Of a stretch of 64,000 nucleotides of DNA, positions 23,034 through 36,115 are shown piece by piece. The notes below the pieces were generated by a model that worked only from the letters and a program-made list of their open reading frames with translations, was not told where the DNA came from and did not search any database. Origin of the DNA: Raja brachyura (lineage: Eukaryota); the NCBI GenBank assembly GCA_963514005.1, contig OY740813.1:8370001-8434000 (forward strand), written 5' to 3'. Every line of letters starts with the position of its first letter. Positions within the stretch are counted from its first letter, which is position 1. Made by a program: the position numbers and the translations under genes.

Positions 23034-23689
23034 TTCATTGTCCGATCTGGGACACATGACAATAAACTCTCTTGACTTGACTTGATTTGATCTTTTGTTT
23101 GTGCACGTCGGGTTGATTGCATTAGTCGAAACAGGATGGACCACGTGAAGGTTGTGATCTTCCATCCCTGCAGGTTTATCTGATACCCATACAGGTTACT
23201 TTTGTTGCCTTGACTAGCTATGGCCTCCATTACCTAGAAGGATGAGCAGGCAGTTGGGATCATTTCCAAATCACTGAATAGTCATTAATTATTGCGCTCT
23301 CCAAACCTGGCATTCCTTCTCTGCACATCAATAAAGTCAACAGGGGTCCATTTTAACCAGAAAGCTTGGATGAATAGGGAGATTTGCTCTCTGCTAAAGG
23401 CCAGATCCCAGGCTTTCCAGAGCGGCCAAACTTGATCTCTGCAATGATATCCGGGATATCAAGGGAGAATTTCAAAACAGGTCAGAGGCTCTTGGTATCG
23501 TGTTTTGCACAGGCATGTGGGCTGAAGGGCCTGTTGCTGGGCTGTACTATTCTTTGTTCTGTGTGCTTTCATGACTTGCTGTGTACGTCTGGAAAGCAGC
23601 TGGTCTGGATGGAATCCCTGGGTTGGTTTTGAAATAATGTGCCAATCAACGGACCACCATCATCTTCAACCTATCACTTAATAATTTTC

Positions 23690-24155
23690 AGTTCCATCTG
23701 CTTCAAGGAAACCATCATTCCATTCCCCAAGAAAAATAAAGTGACCTGACTCAATGACTAACACCCTTCGCTCTAACATCGATCATAATGAAGTGCGTTG
23801 GAAGACTGGTAATGGTTCACATCTGTGTCAATTAAGTCCACTTGCAATCTGCATGTAAAATAGGCCGATAGAGAATGCCATCTCTCTGGCATTGCATTCA
23901 GCCTTGGATCAGCTTGATAATAAGAACGCCTATGACATTAGGCGATCTCCCTCAACATTGTTATGGCTGAATAACTCCTCTCCAAATTTCTGTAGGTTTG
24001 CCTTGAAGCATCCATCAGCAACTGCTGACTGGACTTTCTGACTAGCAGACCTCAGTCAGTTAGACATTTCCTTCACCCTGATCCTTCATGCTGGTGCCCC
24101 TCAGCGTTGTTACTTGTTCCTTTGCTCTACTCCCTGTGCACCCATGACTGTGGCC
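23690..24155 (+). mobile_element. Decayed Rex1-like RT fragment
   Basis: Reads PICFKETIIPFPKKNKVT.LND...IIMKC..RLV, then gctggtgcccctcag (GAPQ motif), with stops and frameshifts. Confidence 0.6.
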
Positions 24156-24531
24156 AAGTAGAGAGGGAGGAGAAATGGGTAACGTTTCAGGTCAAAGTCC
24201 CTTCGTCAAATTGATTGGATATTTTTCCTTGCTACCACCCTCCCCCATCTATGTTATGCATCTGCTCTCATTCTGTTAGGTACCCTTAATTTCACTTTTT
24301 TTAAAAATTCCAGTTTAACTTTGGGCAATTGGTTTTACAATCCTCTTAGCCCCTCATCTACCCCTCCATTTGTTGATCTGTGTGATGCTGCGGCAATGAA
24401 TGAGATCAATGTCTCAGCAACCTGTTGTCGGGAGCAGTTGTTTCTGCTGCCCTGATGTGAATCCTCAGTGTGGACTGGCAGCACATAAAAACTTTCAAAA
24501 ACATTTTCCCTCCGTTTGCTAATCTTCTCAG

Positions 24532-24629
24532 GCAAGGATACACTGAAGACCCCTACGGTGGAAGAAGTGGACGCGACGCTTATGCTGGTTATTATGCAGA
24601 TTATTATAATGGTCAATATCAATATCGAG
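24532..24629 (+). CDS. SEC16A: SEC16A coding exon 3
   Basis: cttctcAG; QGYTEDPYGGRSGRDAYAGYYADYYNGQYQYR; G|GTAAGA; 98 nt, phase 2 to 1. Confidence 0.92.
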
Positions 24630-26365
24630 GTAAGAAAAGGCCCCTTTTCTATTTTGTGGGAAAGCCTGTGTTGTTAGTGGGGTGGTCAGTGAAGTAGGAT
24701 GGCTGATAATGTAAACCTGCAGAAAGTTATTTTTGGTTGTGCGCCATGTTGTGACATGGTTAAACCTAGATTTTGAAAATTATCTATTTCTTCTCTTGGG
24801 AATATTATAATCAACTGGATCCTGTCCCTAAGAAAGATCTGGTGTTTTGAACGATATGATGTCAGCCTAAGCCACAAGACCAGATTACTAAAGTGCCACA
24901 AGGCCCTTTGAAGGGCAGTTCTTCAGTACCATCAGTATCATCTCAAAACTGAGAAATTCAAAAGGGAATTCAGAAGAAATGGTTTGATTGTACTCTATAA
25001 ATATTTTTAAGGGAGGCTAGTGAGGAAGGAGGGAATTAAGGACTATGTTGGTCCATGTAATTATGGTATGAGGCTAGAGTGGAGTAGGTGGTCCTGTTAA
25101 GCTAATTGGCTATTCTTTGGTCTAAGTGCAATGTAATATATTATGCAGGGGTATCTGTTAGCGCTTCAGGCCTAATAAAGAGTGTATTGGATTGCATAGC
25201 GTAGAAACGGACTAGTTAGGCTAGCAGGACGACTTACTTAAGGTTGTCACCACATCACTAAGGTGGGAGGATGCTCTTTCCTCTTTAGACTGAGCCTGTG
25301 ATTATAGTATATTGGTTATTTTACCAGACCAACATTTTGGACTCCCCAAGGATATTAGTTGAATTCCTGATGGCAGTGAGAGCATTTGAATGTTGTAAAA
25401 AAAAATAATCCAAATGTTTTATATTCTATTAAAAAGGTGATTGTCACTGAAAATATGTCAACTTCATTCCTGTTACCTTAGTGGCAGGAATGTGCCTTTG
25501 TTGATAGTCTGGTGTATACACAGTGTAGTTGATTCTGAAGCATCTGCTCAGTGTTGTGGCAATAAATGCTGACTTTGTACCAGGAAGTGCTGACTTTGCC
25601 ATTCTGCCCAAAACCAGAAAAGGAATTTGTAACCAAAACGAGTTAATATTTAACCCGGGTTGACTACTGTATGTGGCATTGACATTTGTAGAATGTTGCG
25701 AATAAAGCTGAGGTGTTTGAATCATTAGACCCACACTAGTGTTCATCCCATTAGCTCTCTCCATTTACTGTTAAATTATTCCACCTGATTCAATGCCGCC
25801 CAGTCGAATCCCACTCTGTTTCTGCAAGTTATTTTATTGCCTCAGTGAGACAAACAGAGGACTCTTGTTTGTAGAATTGCCTAATACTCCATAGTCTTAA
25901 CAGATGCCCCAAAGTGGCCTTCATTTGGTGCTGCTTGCCAGTTTTTATACAGCACTAGCTGACTTCGTGTCTTGCTGCTTGCTGGTAACTGAGCATGTTT
26001 TTGATGTTTCAGGTTTTTTTTAAACTCTGATGTGTTAATAATGACTCTCACAGTCTTATGCTAAGAATACTATTCAAGAAAATCAGTGTTTTCCTCACGA
26101 TCTCCTGGCCATTATTTATTTCTTGATCAAATTTAAACAAAAAGAATATCTGATTATTTTGTTATTTGCGGAAGATTGTGCTGGACAAATTGACAGCCAT
26201 GTTTCTTCTACAGTAGCAGTGACACAGCGAAAAGTAGTCCATGGTTGCAAAGCATTTTGAGGCATACTAAGCTAGTGATATGTTTCAAAATCATGAATTC
26301 TCAAAATGTGCCTGATGTGCCTTTTGTGTTTCACACTTTATGCTAATAAAGTATTTTCTTGTCAG

Positions 26366-26504
26366 ACCCAGCTCAGTGGGAGAGGTATGACCCGGCTGCC
26401 TACGATCCCAGATACAGAGACTATAGAGATTATGACCGTCCATACTGGTATTATGGATCTTATCAAGCACGGGAACCTTACTACCGGGAGCCCTACGGAG
26501 ACAG
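26366..26504 (+). CDS. SEC16A: SEC16A coding exon 4
   Basis: ttcttgtcAG; DPAQWERYDPAAYDPRYRDY...EPYGD(R); AG|GTGAAT; 139 nt, phase 1 to 2. Confidence 0.92.
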
Positions 26505-27277
26505 GTGAATATGAGATTCCTCTGATCCTCTTCTCCCATTGTTAGTTAATTTGGTGAAACTAGTGTATAGGGTAGAACTGGTGTACAGGTGATCGCTGGC
26601 CGGCGCGGACTCAGTGGGCCGGGAGGCCTGTTTCCATGCCGTATCACTAAACTAAACTAAATCTATAAAACAGATTTGTGTTCCTTTTGAAGTTTCTGTA
26701 TTTTTGTTCAATATGTGGGTTTTTTTCCAGCTGTGAAATACTAAGGGGATTTCCAAAATACTTCCAAAACATGAGGGGCAGTGGGATCCCTATATCCATT
26801 TGTCATTTAGCAATGTTCAGGTTAACAATAACATAATGTTTCATTTAATGACTGAGTGCTGTTTATGTTCCATTACTTTAATTATGGGGAGTGCTGGGAT
26901 CATTATTCGATAAAATGAAAGAATTATCCAAGTGCTTGCAGAGGGATACGGGCTTACTGCAGAAAATTGACATTTCTGGCTTGTAGATGCAGCGGCTTTG
27001 AATAGGCTTTGGGAACTGCCTGTATTTAGCTACTAGGATTTGAGTAACTTTGGAGCCTGTAATTGTACCACTCTGATAAGGGAATTGGGGTATGTGGAGA
27101 GTTGTACTTTAGAAAAAAAGTGTCTGATTTTTTTTTTTAGTTTTTGCCTTTAGTCTTGTCTCTTATAGATACTGACTTTGGAATTAGGAGCAGATCCCGG
27201 GTTGCATGGTGGTTTAATTCCCAAAACCCCATCCTCGTGCCCCCATTTCATTGTGCTGTGCAATGTGCACCAGGTTA

Positions 27278-27774
27278 AGGGGCTGTCCCACTGCGGTGAC
27301 CTAATTGGCGAGTTTAGAAGAGTTTGCCCTCGACTCGTACTCGCAGCATGGTCGACACGAGGTCTGAGGAGGTCTTTGTAACTCTCCTTCATGCTCGAGA
27401 GTAGTCCTCGTGTACTTGAGGCCTCAGCTGCGTATTTTTCAACGTGCTGAAAAATGCTCGCGAGTAAAAAAAGGTTGGCATGGAAAAAATCTTTTACTTG
27501 TAGGTTTAGTCGAAGTAGATTTTATTAGGTTGGCATGTTATTCGTAAGTAATCGAGGGTAGTCTAAGGTAAGCAAAGATAGTCAAAGGTAGTCGTAGATA
27601 GTCTTCAACATAGTCAAAGGAGGTCGTCTTCACTCTCCACTATTCGTTGTCCAATTTTCCCAAAGCTGGTCGAAGCTAGTCTTCTACGTAGTCGAAGGAG
27701 GTCTTCAACATGACTTTTCCATCTCTCCTAAACTCTTCACTCACCAATTGGGTCGCCGCAGTGGGACAGTCCCT
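27278..27774. mobile_element. PIF/Harbinger-type MITE
   Basis: About 30-bp TIRs AGGGGCTGTCCCACTGCGG...CCGCAGTGGGACAGTCCCT with TTA TSD on both sides (27275-27277, 27775-27777). Confidence 0.85.
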
Positions 27775-28204
27775 TTAGTCTTGTGCCTGGGTACATTCCT
27801 GTCTCGGGGCAACCTGCGTTTCTCTGGAGAAAGAGTTAAGATTTGCTGCTCTAATTCAACCTACTGCAGTCACAAAATTTATCTTGCTGATTATGCCTGC
27901 CCCACTTCATGGATGCCTGGGTTATTATGACTAGACCATTTCACTTCCCCTTCCCATAATTAAAATTAGTTCATGAGGTTAACAGTTCCTACGTCAACTG
28001 TTGACCTTCATTTATGTCGCTTTTCTTTGTCTTAGCCATGATCTAGTCCAGCTCCTGTCAATAAAATGAGCATAAACCAGGAATTGCACATGTGCTTGTC
28101 CAGTCACTGAAGCTTGGAATGCAGTGATAGACAATGGCTGCGGTTTCCTTACAGATCATCTTCCTTGGAATAAGGCATTAATCCGTATGCATTTTGTTTA
28201 CTAG

Positions 28205-28397
28205 GCGGAATGGCTATGAAGAGCTCTGGCAGTATGACCCTCGATATGACAGTAGTTTTGATGAAAGCAGTCGACGAGACCCGTACCCCGACGAATTTGA
28301 TCGGCGCAGTTCGCACAGCGAACATTCTGCTCACAGTGTGCTGAGCTCCCACAGTGTGAGGAGTCGGCGCAGCAGCTTCAGCTCCCAGTCCCAGCAG
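28205..28397 (+). CDS. SEC16A: SEC16A coding exon 5 (Arg/Ser-rich region)
   Basis: tttactAG; WQYDPRYDSSFDE...DEFDRRSSHSEHSAHSV...SRRSSFSSQSQQ; CAG|GTGAGT; 193 nt. Confidence 0.95.
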
Positions 28398-28524
28398 GTG
28401 AGTAGCATGGTTCAAGCAGGTAGTGTGGGGCTCCTGCCCTGCGGACTTGGAGAAGTGGCCGCCCGTTACAAATCTCAGTGGGAATGCTGTAGCCTCCAAT
28501 ACAGCTGTTCATCTTTGATTGAAA

Positions 28525-28825
28525 TATACAGCATAGAAGCAGGCCATTTGGCCCGCACAGTCCATGCCAACATTTGATCACCCATTCACAGTCGTTCTGT
28601 TATACCACTTTCACATATACTCCCTACACGCTAGGGGGAAATTTAGAGGCTGATTAATCTACAACTTCACGTCTTTGGGATGTGGGAGGAAATCTGTGCA
28701 CCCGGAGGAAACGCACACGATTACAGGGACAACGTGCAAACTTCAAACAGACTGCAGCAAGGGGGTCGGGGTCGAACCGGGTCTCTGACACTGTGAGACA
28801 GCATATCTTCTTGCTGCGTCAAGTG
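28525..28825 (-). mobile_element. HE1-type SINE
   Basis: Reverse complement of SINE head (cggttcgacc) and V-domain gtctttgggatgtgggaggaaa. Confidence 0.8.
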
Positions 28826-29296
28826 CTGTCATGAGGGGTTTGCGTTTGAGATGTGTTGATTTTTGCCTTCTGCACAACATTTTGTTTTATTTCCTCATTG
28901 GTAATGAATCCAGATGCAGGCTGCGTGCTTGACAATGAAAGTGTCTATTTCTCTCTCCCTCTCCAAGGGTTGCGCAACTCTTGTGCATTTGATGTTCGTC
29001 ACTTACTTTAATGAAAATAATTTTAAATATTAAAATAAGTTTTTGTTATATATACACCTGTTATTTATTATTATTCCTGCATTCACTGTTTTGCTGTAAG
29101 TGAGCCGTCTAGTGATTGCATTGCCACGTACTTTGGCAGGATGACAGAGTTGAAGCACGATGTGTTTGCACATCTTGTTTCCATTACGTTTCTGGACAGG
29201 AGACTTTATAGTGGGATTGCATGAAAATAAAACAATGCATGTCTGTAAAATAAGCAAATTACCCCTCACCCTCTAACTGGACTTTATCCTCTGTAG

Positions 29297-29471
29297 AGCC
29301 AGGTTTACAGGAGTCAACAGGATTTGGCTGTCCCATTTGAACAACCCAGTCAGACAACCATCGCTGCCAATTATACATATGGGCAATACTCAGAAAACAC
29401 TGTCCAACCTCACTATTCCGATTATCCGTTTGGATACCCCGCAGAGACAGGCTGGCAGCCTGTGGAGACGG
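29297..29471 (+). CDS. SEC16A: SEC16A coding exon 6
   Basis: cctctgtAG; SQVYRSQQD...YSDYPFGYPAETGWQPVET; G|GTATGT; 175 nt, phase 0 to 1. Confidence 0.93.
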
Positions 29472-29551
29472 GTATGTTCATCTACACTTAATCCTGTTTA
29501 ACAAATCTATACGTACAGTCGCGTAAAATCTTCAAGCAGGAACATAGTATA

Positions 29552-29975
29552 TCAAGAGTTTTATTGTCATGTGTCCCTGATAGGACAATGAAATTCATGC
29601 TTTGCTTTAGCATACCAGAACATAGTAGGCACGAATACTGAACAGATCAGTGTGTCCATATACCATTGCATAAATATATACACAACATGAATAATTAAAC
29701 TGATAAAGTGCAAATAAACGGATTATTGGCTATTAATGTTCAGAGTTTTGTCCGAGCCGAGTTTAATAGCCTGATGGCTGTGGGGAAGTAGCTGTTCCTG
29801 AACCTGGTCGTTGCAGTCTTCAGGCTCCTGTGCCTTCTACCTGAAGGTAGTGGAGAGATGAGTGTGTGGCCAGGATGGTGTGGGTCCTTGATGATGCTGC
29901 CAGCCTTTTTGAGGCAGCGACTGCGATAGATCTCCTCAATGGAAGGGAGGTCGGAGCCGATGATGGACTGGGCAG
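29552..29975 (-). mobile_element. Rex1-like LINE 3' fragment
   Basis: Minus strand KKAGSIIKDPHHPGHTLISTTFR.KAQEPEDC-type sequence (frameshifted) with RNSYFPTAIRL; tail gacaataaaactcttga. Confidence 0.8.
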
Positions 29976-30192
29976 AAATCTCAAAGTTGATGTATGGAGT
30001 GAAACTGAAGGAGTTTTATATGAAATGGTGGAACACCTGGGATTGGTGTAGGGTTAGTGACATATCTGGGGGTAAGTTATAGGCTACTATACCATTGGGA
30101 TGTCAGGGGCTGTAAATGGGGATAGCTACAGATGAGCCAATGTTTACTTGAGCCAATCCTCTGCATTAAAACTTTTTTTTTTCCCCCACCAG

Positions 30193-30335
30193 CTCCTCCA
30201 AGACCTGTGACCCCAGAGAAATTTACAGTTCCTCATCTTTGTGTCCGGTTTAGCCCTGGAGGGCAGTTGCTGAAAGTGTTGAGCAACCTGCCTTCGGAAG
30301 GCCAGCCGGCTCTGGTGGAAATACACAGCCTGGAG
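30193..30335 (+). CDS. SEC16A: SEC16A coding exon 7 (start of central conserved domain)
   Basis: T/C tract-AG; [47 protein letters not shown]; GAG|GTACAA; 143 nt. Confidence 0.96.
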
Positions 30336-31527
30336 GTACAATAGATTATACACAGCAGGGATCAGGACTCCTAACATTCATAATATCTTTTGTTTTGGAT
30401 GTTTCATTACTGCTCATACCTCTGGATCATCCAGCATGCGTGTTAATATTACATAATCGTGCTGGCTGTAAAACAGAAGGCACTGTTAATTGAGACTGGA
30501 GGTCTGAACTCGAAATGGAGAATGTTGGAGCTATTCAACAAATTGTCCAGCATTTGAGGAGGGAGACGAAAATGAATACTTGTTGATTGTAGCTGATCTG
30601 TCTGGAGTATTCACTATCTTAGATTACACCAACAGCGTATCTGTCACCTTGGTCAGCCTTCATCGGGCACTAACATTCCATTACTTTTCCCCACCTCTGC
30701 AACTCAAAAAGAGCTTGTTATTTTTATTACGATCTGATGAAAGACTTGAAATGTTAAGCTTCCCCCTTCACTGATGCAGATTTCCTTGCTGAGTATCTCC
30801 AGTGCTGATATTTTTCATTGATCATGCACAAGTAAGCTTGGACTGCAGATGTAAAGGTGTTGTTTTCTGCTATTGATAGGGTGGGTTTGTGTGGGGATCA
30901 GCAGGGAAGAACATGCCCCTCCTGTACCTTGCCCCTCTCTGCACTGGTTTTATCTCGGTTCTGACAAAGATTTGGGGAAACAATTGGGCATCCTTCGCTG
31001 ATCGTGTTGAGATGGCAGCATGCTCTTGTGATTATTCTATAACTTTTATACCATATTCAGGAGTTATTGAGATCAAAGCTCCTGGCTGTTTCTCAATTAG
31101 AACATGAACATTTAAATTCCCGTGGTAAAGGGTTAACAACTGAAGGTAAATGATAGAAATTTTCAGCATGCAAGAGAGATTGAAGTTTACATCCGAACCA
31201 AATCTGAATTTTTAATCTCTGAATCTGAAAGAAAGAGCCTGGTTTTCACCTGAGGTTTGAACCGAAGGGAGAGGAGGCAAGTATGTAATCCGGAGGGGAA
31301 AAAACACACACACTGGCCAGAAAAGCACCTTGTCCTCAGAGGAACTGAGAAAGAATATTTTTAGGTGGAGGTACCTGTGGCTGAAATGTCCTCTCCTAGA
31401 TTGAATGAGGAGAATAATAAGAGAGGAAATCCCAAAACCTTCATGGTCCTTGAACATGAGAGCGCGGATTAATAATAACATTGTTGGTCGTCCTGCGTGT
31501 CGCTGACTTGTATTGTTCTGCTTCCAG

Positions 31528-31589
31528 ACCATGTTGCAGCACATGCCTGAACAGGAGGAGTTAAGGAGCTTCCCAGGGCCATTAGCAAA
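31528..31589 (+). CDS. SEC16A: SEC16A coding exon 8
   Basis: cttccAG; TMLQHMPEQEELRSFPGPLA(K); AA|GTAAGT; 62 nt. Confidence 0.95.
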
Positions 31590-32344
31590 GTAAGTTCCTC
31601 GTCTCCACACCTCCCAGAGAGATTTTGGTTGTACACTGGTTCTGACACGGGACCAGCAATTGACAGAGTTGGTCAATTTGTCTGTGTATAATTAGCAGGT
31701 CTTCATAATGACCCAAGTCCCAGAAGTAAACGATTTTGAGGTATGGGAGAGACACAATATGACACAGTCTGTATTGTTTCACTTAAAATGAAGATTTGAA
31801 TTTAGTATAAAAAATTACAAATGCATGAATAACACCCTTTACTTAGGATTAACTCTTGTGACATTGATTTAATTTTGCAGTTTGATCATGGAGATAACTT
31901 TCCAGACTTTTTCCCTGTGCACCTTGCCTAAATGTCCTAAAAGTTGCTCTTCCAAATGTCCTTTTCATAATCTTACCTAATAATTCAAACCATTTGTAGA
32001 ATTAGTGTGAAGTGCTGTTTGAAATTTGCTTCTAAATGGGCTAACCCTAATATTAAACTTGTGCCCTTGGTTATGATTTTATTTTTTCCCCAAACAGGGT
32101 AACTACAGGGAAAAAAATTCCGTAATCATTTTAATTAGTTTGACTAGATCACCATCAACCGGCTAAACTTAAATACAAACCACATTTCTGTTGAGTCGTC
32201 TCGGTATGAGTTGTTGAAGATTAGCATCAGAATGATGGATTTGCATGTCTCTGTAACAAAGCTAATGTAGCACTGCTGAGGTGTTTGTGTTTGTCCTCAG
32301 TTGGGATTTGGGAGTGCCATGCTCCTGGCCCAGGTACTGAAACA

Positions 32345-32722
32345 AACATAAAAACATAGAAAATAGGTGCAGGAGTAGGCCATTCGGCCCTTCGAGCCTG
32401 CACCGACATTCAATATGATCATGGCTGATCATCCAACTCAGTATCCTGTACCTGCCTTCTCTCCATACCCCCTGATCCCTTTAGCCACAAGGGCCACATC
32501 TAACTCCTCTTAAATATAGCCAATGAATTGGCCTCAACTACCTTCTGTGGCAGAGAATTCCACAGATTCACCGCTCTCTGTGTGAAAAATGTTTTTCTCA
32601 TCTTGGTCCTAAAAGACTTCCCCCTTATCCTTAAACTGTGACCCCTTGTCCTGGACTTCCCCAACATCGGGAACAATCTTCCTGCATCTAGCCTGTCCAA
32701 CCCCTTAAGAATTTTGTAAGTT
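32345..32722 (-). mobile_element. Young CR1 LINE 3' end
   Basis: YKILKGLDRLDAGRLFPMLGKSRTRGHSLRIRG...WNSLPQ; near-identical to the copy at 44769. Confidence 0.9.
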
Positions 32723-33041
32723 ATGCCTATTTCAGTATGGTCACATTTGTGAGGCTTCTCTCTCTCTTTCCCCCCCCCCCCCCCCAGTCCTTCTAAGATA
32801 CATAACAATGGTTATAATTTTAGTAATGTTTTTATACTTGATGTTTTAGAGAGTTGCCACTTCCTCTCAATTCCTATTGCATAATTTGCTGGGTCTTCTA
32901 ACTTCAACTATACAATCTTTACAACACAACCTCGTACCTTTTATCCTAGTTTTTCACGTATGTAATGAAAAACTAGAACCCAAATCTCTGGAGAAGATAT
33001 CAGAGTACATCCTAATAATCTGAAAGCATTGGCTTTATACA

Positions 33042-33248
33042 CAATGTTTAAGAAGGAACTGCAGATGCTGGAAAATCGAAGGTAGACAAAAATGCTGGAT
33101 GAACTCGGCGGGTGAGGCAGCATCAGTGGAGCGAAGGAAATGGGCAAAGATTTGGGCCGAAAGAAAGGTTTTGGCTCAAAACGTTGCCTATTTCCTTCGC
33201 TCCATAGATGCTGCCTCACCCGCTGAGTTTCTCCAGCACTTTTGTCTG
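33042..33248. mobile_element. Fold-back Penelope-derived element
   Basis: tgtttaagaaggaactgcagatgctgg head; inverted arms around aagaaaggttttggctcaaaacgtt. Confidence 0.78.
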
Positions 33249-33399
33249 GCTTTATGTTGATTTGCCTCCACTTTTACACAATCCACGTCTCAAGGTTGCC
33301 TCTATTTTGTTGTACTCCTAAACTCCCTGCACTGCTCCTGATTGATTGCTGTGCTGAGTGATCTTTAAAGGTTGAAGGTTCAATCTGATTTTGTTTCAG

Positions 33400-33538
33400 G
33401 GAAGAGACTCATAAAGTTGATGTCATCAACTTTTCTCAAAATAAGGCCACAGAGTGCTTAAGAAATGAACAGCTACTGGATAAGGAGTCAGCCTTCTTGC
33501 TATGGGACCTGATTGTCCTGCTATGTAGGCAAAATGGG
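33400..33538 (+). CDS. SEC16A: SEC16A coding exon 9
   Basis: tttcAG; EETHKVDVINFSQNKA...DKESAFLLWDLIVLLCRQNG; GGG|GTGAGT; 139 nt. Confidence 0.96.
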
Positions 33539-34181
33539 GTGAGTTTCTGCATTTTATGAATTTTCCGGAATTGAAGCTACGTAATCTCACTTGCATTGGT
33601 TGCTTTATGCTTGATAAATGATTGCTTGGTTTGCATTTTAAGCCTCCACTGTGATGTGATCCTCTTAACTGGGTAGGACTAAGATTTCATTTCTTTCTGT
33701 GCATGCACCGATAATATACAAGGGATGGCAGTGGTATGCATAGACTGTACAACAATAGATGAGGATGAAATGTTTCCTGGTAATTCTCACATCCATCTGC
33801 AGAAATTAACAGATGTACTTCGAGACTTCCTAGTGTGGCAGATTAATATTTATGCCATAGCCAACATCTCTGAAACATTATTTTATCCAATAATTAATAC
33901 AGTGCATGAAATCTCGTGTGTGCAGGATTCTATGTACTGCATTAATTTGTTTGTAAATTGCCAATAGGGATGTTCTGAGTTTGGGAACATTTTTGATTGC
34001 TAAGTGTACATTTTATTTCCATTTCCCTCTTACTTCTAGGGAGTTGATGATATTGAATGCCCACTGGCTGCAGTTCCATAACCATTGAGTACCACAAAGA
34101 TCAAAGCTTAAAACAAGTTTTCTGTTTGCATTTGTTGGGATTGTAAATGAAAGTGTTTCTTGGCATCATTGTGCATTGCAG

Positions 34182-34421
34182 ACAGTGATTGGTACAGACA
34201 TTGCTGAGCTCCTGCTGCGGGAACACCGATCCGTCTGGCTTCCTGGCAAATCTCCAAATGAAGCCAATCTGATTGACTTCAACAACGACTTGGTTCCGCG
34301 CGCAGAGGATGAGTCCTGTGCCTCTCTCCTTACTGACAGCTTCCTTGACAACATTGTGACAGAGTGTACCAGCAAGGACACCGAGCGTTTCCGGGAATTG
34401 CTGCTCTTTGGCCGCAAGAAG
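34182..34421 (+). CDS. SEC16A: SEC16A coding exon 10
   Basis: ttgcAG; TVIGTDIAELLLREHRSVWLPGKSPNEANLIDF...TERFRELLLFGRKK; AAG|GTAAAT; 240 nt. Confidence 0.96.
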
Positions 34422-34560
34422 GTAAATTTCCAAATCAGATCTTCAAATCTCCTTGATGGGCTGCCACTGGTTCCAATGGGAATGTTGGAGGGGGGGGGGG
34501 GGGGGGGGAGAGGTTGGGAAATGTGGCATATATTCCTTGTTGACCGAGATGTGTTTGCAG

Positions 34561-34658
34561 GATGCCCTGGAATCTGCAATGAAGCATGGTCTGTGGGGTC
34601 ACGCTCTCTTACTGGCCAGTAAAATGGACAATCGGACGCATGCAAAGGTCATGACCAG
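34561..34658 (+). CDS. SEC16A: SEC16A coding exon 11
   Basis: tttgcAG; [32 protein letters not shown](R); AG|GTAGGG; 98 nt. Confidence 0.96.
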
Positions 34659-36115
34659 GTAGGGTCTCCGTTCAACATTGTCCAAAATTCCCATTTATCT
34701 TTGGTGCGTGAATAGATTTACAAAGCAGTAGTAGTAAAGCTAAATCTGTGTAGACCACGTTTGCAATACCATGAAGAGTTTTAGACTACTGGAAAAGGTG
34801 CTAGATGACTAACATTATTGGTCAAGTATGTATTTGAACAAACCTGCAGGACCTTAATTCCATACCATTCTCATAAGTGAATCCTTTACTAAAGCAATGT
34901 CAGCAAAAGCAGGGTTGGTACAGGAAACATACACCCCTCTTTGTCCAACAAGGGGACAGCCTAGGGGATAGTGCATCTCCTTGTTTAACCATCTCCTCCC
35001 ACTGGTAGGAATGGGATCCCTCAGTCACAGTTGTTGACGTAAGATAAACTCGCCTGGAAGTCCAATTAAATGTTTGTCCCAAAATGAATTAATAAACGTT
35101 TTGCCACACAGGATCAAAAGCATTGTACAATTCATAAAACAACTACGATTTTTACATCAAAAATATTTTAGTCCCTTTTCAACCTCCATTAATTATTTAA
35201 GATATTTTATATACCTGAGTGTCAGTATAAAAAACAGATGAATGTGATTGAAAGCAACTGCACCTGATAATCTTTGCTGAACTCTTAATGTAAGATGGCC
35301 TCGAGGTCAATATTTTGATACATTTTGGAAATAACACTGATCTACTTAATTTGCTGTCTGGCATTGTCTGTCCTCTTAATCAAACCGCCCGGGAGTGTCC
35401 AGCATCTTGCAGTCTATTTGTCTCTCTCAATATTTGTAATACTTTACATGGGCTTACTGGTGTCACCTCTTTAGCCTAACGCTGTTGTTAATTATCACAA
35501 TAAGCCCCAACTTGTGTAGAGTTTGATAAATGATAAACTGCCCCATGTTCAAGTCTTCCTCTCCTGCCTTCCATTCCCCTCCCTCTTTCCCAGTATTGTA
35601 GTGAAGCAAGACTACAAGTATATGATTGCTCAATCATATTTTATCGTCAGTTTCTTAGGAAGTAAATAGATGCTGTCAAGTCATTATGAACCTACAAGTA
35701 GTGGTACGAATAGACTTTGCCTGGTCCAGTGGATTCCTGGGCATTTGACAAAGTATTTTGCAGTGGAGAGGCAGAATCTACTAAGTGTTTATGCTCTAGA
35801 ATGGTATCCAGATCTCTGGTCATGGGTTGGGCTCAATGGTTATCCGCGAAGATGAGTAGTCTATTAACAGCCCTTGTCTGGGGTGAAGTCTTTGGTTGAT
35901 GCTGTATCACACGGTATATCGGAGCTTTTCAGGCTTAAGGAATGAAAGAACAGAATTATGTCCTCAATTGACCCTGCCCTGTCCTTCTGAACAGGGGAGC
36001 TGGAAATAAATTACACCTTGCCTTCTGTCATCTTGACATGCCCTGATGTTTTATTCTTAGGAAATCCTACCCAATACAATATACAGTCTAATAAGTTAAG
36101 CTTCGTTCTTTGTAG

